In this document: positions 58,433-64,000 of the stretch, piece after piece | Layout of the letters: every line of letters starts with the position of its first letter | How positions within the stretch are numbered: the first letter of the stretch is position 1 | Origin: Faecalibacterium sp. | GTDB lineage: Bacteria; Bacillota; Clostridia; Oscillospirales; Ruminococcaceae | Length of the DNA stretch: 64,000 bases | Reading direction: 5' to 3' | Assembly: GCA_051882415.1 (NCBI GenBank) | Contig: JBJERU010000003.1 | Location: 5,273 to 69,272, forward strand | Notes under the pieces: model-generated | Databases searched by the model: none | Told to the model about the DNA's origin: nothing | Seen by the model: only the letters and a program-made list of their open reading frames with translations | Program-made: the position numbers and the translations under genes

Positions 58433-58726
58433 ATGACCTTGGAACAGCGTGCAAAAACCAAAAGCGCCCTGCGGCACTACGAAGCAGCGTACCAACGGAC
58501 CAATGCGGAGAGCAAAGCCTGGAAGCAGGCGATCGACGAAGCGCTGGAATACTATGACCGGCACGATCCGGTGCGTTCGGATCTGGTGCGGGTGCGGTAT
58601 TTCCAGCATCATAAGGAGGCAGATGCCATCGAACTGCTGCACATTGGGCGCACGACCTACCAGAAAGCACATCTGGACATTTTGAGCACTGTGGCGATCA
58701 ATGCGGCGCGGCGCGGAGTGCTGTAA
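58433..58726 (+). CDS. ArpU/RinA-like phage transcriptional regulator
   Basis: AIDEAL, LVRVRYF, LHIGRTTY sigma-4-like HTH pattern. Confidence 0.6.
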   Translation: MTLEQRAKTKSALRHYEAAYQRTNAESKAWKQAIDEALEYYDRHDPVRSDLVRVRYFQHHKEADAIELLHIGRTTYQKAHLDILSTVAINAARRGVL

Positions 58727-58747
58727 AAAGAAGGGCAGACAAAACGA

Positions 58748-58775
58748 CCCCGGACAGCAAAAAGGCTGTCCGGGG
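58748..58775. terminator. Hairpin between convergent genes
   Basis: CCCCGGACAGC-AAAAAG-GCTGTCCGGGG. Confidence 0.7.
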
Positions 58776-58786
58776 CTTGTGGGGGT

Positions 58787-58963
58787 TCAGTGTTTGCCGG
58801 GGGTGTGTCTGGCAGGGTCTTTGTCATCGCAGTGCTGATGGCAGGAGGAGCAGTTGCCGCCGCAGCCCTCGCCTTTCCAGCCGCCCTGCTTGGAGATCCA
58901 CACTACAGCCAGCGCAAACAGCAGCACCAGCACGGCCAGGGTAATGATCCCGCGGAGTGTCAT
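58787..58963 (-). CDS. FeoB-associated Cys-rich membrane protein-like small protein
   Basis: One TM helix then GCGGNCSSCHQHC; AGAGAGG SD. Confidence 0.72.
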   Translation of the reverse strand: MTLRGIITLAVLVLLFALAVVWISKQGGWKGEGCGGNCSSCHQHCDDKDPARHTPGKH

Positions 58964-59081
58964 GAGCGAAAACCTCTCTTTTTTGAACGGATTGATCTGC
59001 GTCCAGTATACATGATTTTGCTTCCTGGGGCAAGCAGGGGAGGCTGCAAGCATAAAATTTTGAAAAAATTAAAATTAGGGT

Positions 59082-59110
59082 TTGCATCTTGTGTAAAACT
59101 GTGCTATAAT
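59082..59110 (+). promoter_or_regulatory. sigmaA promoter of tRNA gene
   Basis: TTGCAT-17 nt-TATAAT preceded by an A-tract UP-like element. Confidence 0.82.
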
Positions 59111-59126
59111 AATTCCGTTCCAGTTC

Positions 59127-59203
59127 GGAGGATTAGCTCAGCTGGTTAGAGCACCTGCATCACACGCAGGGGGTCTGGGGTTCGAGTCCCTAATTCTCCA
59201 CCA
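59127..59203 (+). tRNA. tRNA-Val (anticodon CAC)
   Basis: GGAGGAT/ATTCTCC acceptor, TAGCTCAGCTGGTTAGAGC D-arm, CCTGC-ATCACAC-GCAGG anticodon arm, GGTTCGAGTCC T-arm, encoded CCA. Confidence 0.95.
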
Positions 59204-59206
59204 CCG

Positions 59207-59247
59207 AAAGGCTTCTGACAAAACTTGTCAGGAGCCTTTTCTTTTTG
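59207..59247 (+). terminator. Intrinsic terminator after tRNA
   Basis: AAAGGCTTCTGACAA ... TTGTCAGGAGCCTTTT then T run. Confidence 0.88.
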
Positions 59248-59261
59248 CTTATGCGGAGCAT

Positions 59262-59290
59262 TTGCCATTTACGGCGCGGCGTGGTACAAT
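59262..59290 (+). promoter_or_regulatory. sigmaA promoter upstream of ftsK
   Basis: TTGCCA-17 nt-TACAAT with extended TG. Confidence 0.65.
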
Positions 59291-59472
59291 AAAAAGAATC
59301 CAATTTATTGGGAACCGGGAATCCGTTTTTGGAACCATGGCACACCGTCCGAACGGTTTTTGTCTGCATTGCGCTCTGCTTTTCCTTTTCTGCCGACAAA
59401 AACCTGCCTCTGTGCGGCGCGTGCTGGCCATAAAAACGGACTCTAAGAAAAAAGACAGGGTACAAGGGAACA

Positions 59473-62268
59473 ATGGCAACGACAAAAAAACGAAAAAAGA
59501 CTTCGCGCCGCATGGGGATGCAGGATCGCATGCCTGCGGGACTGGGCACCCTTTTTGCGGGGCTGCTGCTCATCGGGCTGGCCTTTGTGGAGGGCGATTC
59601 GGTCTGGAAGGCTGTGCACACAGTGATGTTCGGCGTGTTTGGCTGCGGCAGCTTTGTGCTGGGGGTGGCAGTGTGCTACTTTGCGATCCTTTACACAAGG
59701 GGAGAGGATCTTCTGCCCCGGATCTTCAAGCTGATCCTGGGGCTGATCTTTGCCTGCGGCACGGTCATCGTGTTTTCCGATATCCCCTCTCAAGGGATCT
59801 CGGCGGCGCAGATGACCGCTGCGTGCTATCAGAATGGCTGCAATGCCTGGCTGGGCGGCGGTGCGCTGGGCGCGCTGCTGGGCGGTACGCTGCTGATCTT
59901 GTGCGGCCGTCCCGCGGCCAACCTGGTCATGGCGGCCCTGGCGGTATGTGTCAGCCTGTATATTTTTGATGTGACTCCTGCCGAGATGTGGCAGTGGATT
60001 TGTTCCGCCTTCGGCGGCATGCAGGCCCGGGGCCTGGCGGTTTATGAGCAAAGCCAGGTCCGCCGCGCAGAACGTCTGGCAGCCCGGGCAGCAGAGCAGG
60101 AAGAATATGAGGACGAGGACGATTATGAGGACGAAGAGCTGGAAGGCGAGCCGATCCGGATGGAACCACCGGGCTGGCTTTCCGGCATTCTGCGCTGGGG
60201 CCATCAGGTGATACAGGATCCGCAGCAGGGCGCAGCCCCTCCCGATGTGCAGCCACAGCCGCAGGATCCGGCACAGAACTTTTCTGCCGCGCCGGAGATC
60301 CCGCCGGTGCAGGTCACAGCTCCGCACCCCCGTGCGCCGTTTGATATCGACCTGGGGCCGGATCACACTTCGGTGACGGAGGGCGGCAGCGAGCCGATCG
60401 AACCCATTATCCTGGGCCCGGGCGGAACGTTTGGCATGAACCCGCTGCGGCGGGAGAGTGCAAAGTCTCCTGCGGCGCCGATCGTGGCCGACCCTGTGGA
60501 AACGGCCGCAGAGGATTTCTTTGTGGATCTGGGCGTTTCACCCGAGGCATCTGCCGAAGATCCGGCGGTCCCGGCTGCGGGGCCGGAAGTGACGCAGGCC
60601 GCGCCCCGCGTCAGCGCCGAAAACGCGGTGGCGGCGCGCAGCGCCCCCGATGAAGATGGCTGGATCAGCATCACCTCCGAACCGGTGGAAGAAAAGGACT
60701 TGAACACGCTGGTCGCTGCGGCAATGGAAAAGCCTGCCGTTTCGGAGCAGGAAGCCGCCTCTGCCCCGGCCGAGGAACCTCAGCCGGAGGATCAGTATCA
60801 GTACCAGTACCCGCCCATCGAGCTGTTCCAGCATGCCCCGGACGAAAAGGAGACCGGCGCACAGGAAGAGCTGAAAGCCAACGCCCAAAAGCTGGTGGAT
60901 ACGCTGGAAAGCTTTGGTGTGCGCACACGCGTGCTGGATATCTCCCGCGGGCCGTCGGTCACTCGGTATGAGGTGCAGCCGATGGCGGGCGTCAAGATCA
61001 GCCGCATCACCTCGCTGGCGGATGACATCGCGCTGAATCTGGCGGTGGGGGATGTGCGCATGGAAGCGCCTATCCCCGGCAAGCCCGCCGTAGGCATCGA
61101 GGTGCCCAACCATAAAAAGACCCCCGTTTATATCCGCAGCATTTTTGAAAGCCAGAGCTTTTTGCGCATGACTTCGCCGCTGGGCATTGCTCTGGGCAAG
61201 GACATCGCGGGCGTGGCCCAGGTAGCAGACCTGTGTAAGATGCCCCACCTGCTGATCGCGGGCAGCACCGGCAGCGGCAAATCGGTCTGTGTCAACAGCA
61301 TCATCATGAGCCTGCTGTTCCGTTCCAGCCCGGAGGACGTCAAGCTGCTGCTCATCGACCCCAAGGTTGTGGAACTGGCAGAATACAACGGCATTCCCCA
61401 CCTGCTGATGCCGGTGGTCACGGAGCCCCGCAAGGCGGCGGGTGCGCTGGGCTCTGCCGTTATGGAGATGGAGCGCCGGTATCATCTGTTTGCGGAGCAC
61501 AACGTCCGCGACATCAAATCCTTCAACAAGCTGGCGGCGGAGGATCCTGTGCTGGAAAAGCTGCCCTATATCGCCATCGTCATCGATGAGCTGGCCGACC
61601 TGATGATGGTTGTGGGCAAGGATGTGGAGGATTCGATCTGCCGCATTGCCCAAAAAGCCCGTGCAGCGGGCATGCACCTGATCGTGGCCACCCAGCGCCC
61701 CAGCGTGGACGTTATCACCGGCCTGATCAAGGCCAACATCCCCAGCCGCATTGCGTTTGCGGTGTCCAGCCAGGTGGACAGCCGCACCATTCTGGACGGT
61801 TCAGGCGCCGAAAAGCTGCTGGGCATGGGTGATATGCTGTTCATGCCGGTAGGCGCGCCCAAGCCGGTGCGTATCCAGGGCACCTTTGTGCGGGATGAAG
61901 AGATCAGCCGCGTGCTGGATTTTATCAAAAAGAGCGGCGCTGTGCAGTATGACGAGGCGATGATCGAGGCGATGGAAAAGCACGCCATCCAGGACAAGAA
62001 GGGCGGGTCGGAGAAGGATGCCGATGAGGATCCCGGTTCCGATCCGATGCTCAGCCAGGCTGTGGAAGTGGTCATCGACGCGGGCCAGGCTTCCACCAGC
62101 CTTTTGCAGCGGCGCTGCAAGCTGGGCTATGCGCGCGCGGCCCGTATCATGGACGAGATGGAGCAAAAGGGCATCATTGGCCCGTATGAGGGCGCAAAGC
62201 CCCGTGCCGTGCTCATCAGCCGGCAGCAGTGGCTGGAGATGAATCTGAATCAGCCCGGCGGGATGTAG
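59473..62268 (+). CDS. ftsK: FtsK/SpoIIIE DNA translocase
   Basis: N-terminal TM domain, linker, [43 protein letters not shown], gamma domain GYARAAR. Confidence 0.96.
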   Translation: MATTKKRKKTSRRMGMQDRMPAGLGTLFAGLLLIGLAFVEGDSVWKAVHTVMFGVFGCGSFVLGVAVCYFAILYTRGEDLLPRIFKLILGLIFACGTVIVFSDIPSQGISAAQMTAACYQNGCNAWLGGGALGALLGGTLLILCGRPAANLVMAALAVCVSLYIFDVTPAEMWQWICSAFGGMQARGLAVYEQSQVRRAERLAARAAEQEEYEDEDDYEDEELEGEPIRMEPPGWLSGILRWGHQVIQDPQQGAAPPDVQPQPQDPAQNFSAAPEIPPVQVTAPHPRAPFDIDLGPDHTSVTEGGSEPIEPIILGPGGTFGMNPLRRESAKSPAAPIVADPVETAAEDFFVDLGVSPEASAEDPAVPAAGPEVTQAAPRVSAENAVAARSAPDEDGWISITSEPVEEKDLNTLVAAAMEKPAVSEQEAASAPAEEPQPEDQYQYQYPPIELFQHAPDEKETGAQEELKANAQKLVDTLESFGVRTRVLDISRGPSVTRYEVQPMAGVKISRITSLADDIALNLAVGDVRMEAPIPGKPAVGIEVPNHKKTPVYIRSIFESQSFLRMTSPLGIALGKDIAGVAQVADLCKMPHLLIAGSTGSGKSVCVNSIIMSLLFRSSPEDVKLLLIDPKVVELAEYNGIPHLLMPVVTEPRKAAGALGSAVMEMERRYHLFAEHNVRDIKSFNKLAAEDPVLEKLPYIAIVIDELADLMMVVGKDVEDSICRIAQKARAAGMHLIVATQRPSVDVITGLIKANIPSRIAFAVSSQVDSRTILDGSGAEKLLGMGDMLFMPVGAPKPVRIQGTFVRDEEISRVLDFIKKSGAVQYDEAMIEAMEKHAIQDKKGGSEKDADEDPGSDPMLSQAVEVVIDAGQASTSLLQRRCKLGYARAARIMDEMEQKGIIGPYEGAKPRAVLISRQQWLEMNLNQPGGM

Positions 62269-62303
62269 ATTCTTTTTGAAGCATACGGAAAGGATACAAC
62301 GGA

Positions 62304-64000
62304 ATGGAACAGAACATGACAGCCGAAAGCCCGGTGTACACCCAATTCCTCCCCATCAGCCGCGCGGACATGCAGGCCCGCGGCTGGGACGAGCTGGATT
62401 TTGTGGTGGTGGGCGGCGATGCCTATGTAGACCACCCCAGTTTCGGCACTGCCATCATCAGCCGGCTGCTGGAGGCGGAAGGCTACCGTGTAGGCGTGCT
62501 GGCGCAGCCCCGTTTCACCGACTGCGAGGATTTCAAACGGTTTGGCAGGCCGAAATATGGCTTTTTCATCGGCGGCGGCAACGTGGACAGCATGGTCAGC
62601 CATTATTCGGTGGCCAAGATCCCCCGTGCCGAGGATGAATATTCCCCCGGCGGCAAGGCGGGCGCGCGTCCCGACCGCAGCGCTACGGTTTATACCCGTC
62701 TGGCAAAGCAGGCTTATCCGGATCTGCCGGTGATCCTTGGCGGCCTGGAAGCTTCGCTGCGCCGCTTTGCCCACTATGATTACTGGATGGATACGGTTCT
62801 GCCCAGCATCGCGGAGGATTCCGGCGCGGATCTCATCAGCTTTGGCATGGGTGAGCACCAGACGGTGGAGATCGCCCGGCGTCTGGCGGCAGGAGAACCG
62901 GTAGAGTCCATCACCGATGTGGACGGCACCTGCTACCTGACCGATTTTGAACATCTGCCCTCCCGATATGTGGAATGTGCAGGCTTCAAAAAAGTTGCTG
63001 CGGACAAGGTGGCCTATGCCAAGGCCTGCCGCATCCAGATGGACAATCAGGATGTGGTCAGCGGGCAGATCATCGTGCAGAAGCAGAGCGAGAAGTATCT
63101 GGTGCAGAACATCCCTGCAAAGCCTCTGGTGCGCGGAGAGCTGGACAAGGTATATGCCCTGCCCTATACCCGCCGGTATCATCCCATCTATGAGCCGATG
63201 GGAGGTGTGCCCGCCATCCGGGAGGTGCAGTTTTCCATCATCCAGAACCGAGGCTGCTTTGGCGGATGCAATTTCTGTGCCATCCAGCTGCATCAGGGCC
63301 GCCGGGTCACTAGCCGCAGCGCGGACAGCATCGTGGCCGAGGCCGAGCGCATGACCCACGAGCCGGACTTCAAGGGTTATATCCACGATATCGGCGGCCC
63401 GACCGCCAACTTCCGCTTTCCCTCCTGCCGGGAGCAGATGCTCCGCGGCATGTGTACCGGCGGAAAGCACTGTCTGGCTCCTTCCACCTGCTCCCATATG
63501 ATCGTGGATCACAGCGATTACCTCAAGATTCTGCGCCGTGTGCGGGAACTGCCGGGAGTCAAAAAGGTGTTTATCCGCAGCGGCATCCGATTCGATTATC
63601 TGATGTCCGATCCGGACGATACCTTTTTTAAAGAGCTGGTGCAGCATCATGTTTCCGGCCAGCTCAAGGTGGCCCCGGAGCACTGTGCCCCCAACACGCT
63701 GGCCTATATGGGCAAGCCGCCGATCGAAACGTTCAATAAGTTCAAGGATAAATTCTACGAGCTGAGCAGACAGGCGGGCAAAAAGCAGTATCTGGTGCCC
63801 TATCTGATGTCCAGTCATCCGGGCAGCACCCTGAAGGATGCCGTCTATCTGGCAGAATATCTTTATAAAAACCACATGCGCCCCGAACAGGTGCAGGATT
63901 TTTATCCCACGCCCGGCACGGTGAGCACCTGTATGTTCTATACGGGCCTTGACCCCTACACCCTCAAGCCGGTGTTTGTGGAAAAGACCGCCGAGGGCAA
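62304..64000 (+). CDS. YgiQ family radical SAM protein (3' truncated; absent from ORF track)
   Basis: FLPIS, GDAYVDHPSFG, GNVDSMVSHY, RGCFGGCNFC, GGPTAN, SGQLKVAPEH, EQVQDFYPTP. Confidence 0.93.
   Translation, partial: MEQNMTAESPVYTQFLPISRADMQARGWDELDFVVVGGDAYVDHPSFGTAIISRLLEAEGYRVGVLAQPRFTDCEDFKRFGRPKYGFFIGGGNVDSMVSHYSVAKIPRAEDEYSPGGKAGARPDRSATVYTRLAKQAYPDLPVILGGLEASLRRFAHYDYWMDTVLPSIAEDSGADLISFGMGEHQTVEIARRLAAGEPVESITDVDGTCYLTDFEHLPSRYVECAGFKKVAADKVAYAKACRIQMDNQDVVSGQIIVQKQSEKYLVQNIPAKPLVRGELDKVYALPYTRRYHPIYEPMGGVPAIREVQFSIIQNRGCFGGCNFCAIQLHQGRRVTSRSADSIVAEAERMTHEPDFKGYIHDIGGPTANFRFPSCREQMLRGMCTGGKHCLAPSTCSHMIVDHSDYLKILRRVRELPGVKKVFIRSGIRFDYLMSDPDDTFFKELVQHHVSGQLKVAPEHCAPNTLAYMGKPPIETFNKFKDKFYELSRQAGKKQYLVPYLMSSHPGSTLKDAVYLAEYLYKNHMRPEQVQDFYPTPGTVSTCMFYTGLDPYTLKPVFVEKTAEG

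Noticed and set aside
59127-59203. tRNA-Val as attachment site of an island containing the eCIS
   Set aside because: No duplicated tRNA 3' end or integrase found in the window, and housekeeping tsaA lies in between.

Overview
GC-rich window from an anaerobic Clostridia-like chromosome (an Oscillospiraceae/Faecalibacterium-like lineage is an impression from gene content, not verified). The main feature is a ~38 kb, all-plus-strand extracellular contractile injection system (eCIS, Afp/PVC-like) at ~3.8-41.5 kb. It encodes a sheath, three tube paralogues, a tail assembly chaperone pair, a long repeat-containing protein, LysM tube initiator, split gp27/gp5 spike, gp25, two baseplate-J proteins, a tail protein, a short fibre-like protein, Pvc16 cap, DUF4280 PAAR, AAA+ ATPase and two DUF4157 cargo candidates. 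It has no capsid, integrase or lysis genes. Embedded in the operon is an unusual membrane module: a pseudokinase-like protein, a HAMP protein with a degenerate class III cyclase domain, a small membrane protein, a TM-MORN-TolC-like protein, and a HAMP-PP2C-RsbW-like protein with degenerate catalytic motifs. This raises the hypothesis of a membrane-anchored CIS in a monoderm. Other signals are a probable programmed -1 frameshift (T TTT TTA) fusing the chaperone to an ORF missed by the ORF track, a 516-bp tandem repeat, a 492-bp near-identical leader shared by the two cargo genes, and a recurring two-hairpin intergenic element. The flanks carry gpmI, an Fe-S/Crp pair, a LacI-controlled yiaK/TRAP operon, a two-component system with a MacAB-like transporter and SLH protein, tsaA/trmO, a cI-cro-ArpU phage-like remnant, tRNA-Val(CAC), ftsK and a YgiQ radical SAM gene. 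All family assignments were made by eye from motifs and synteny; no searches were run.
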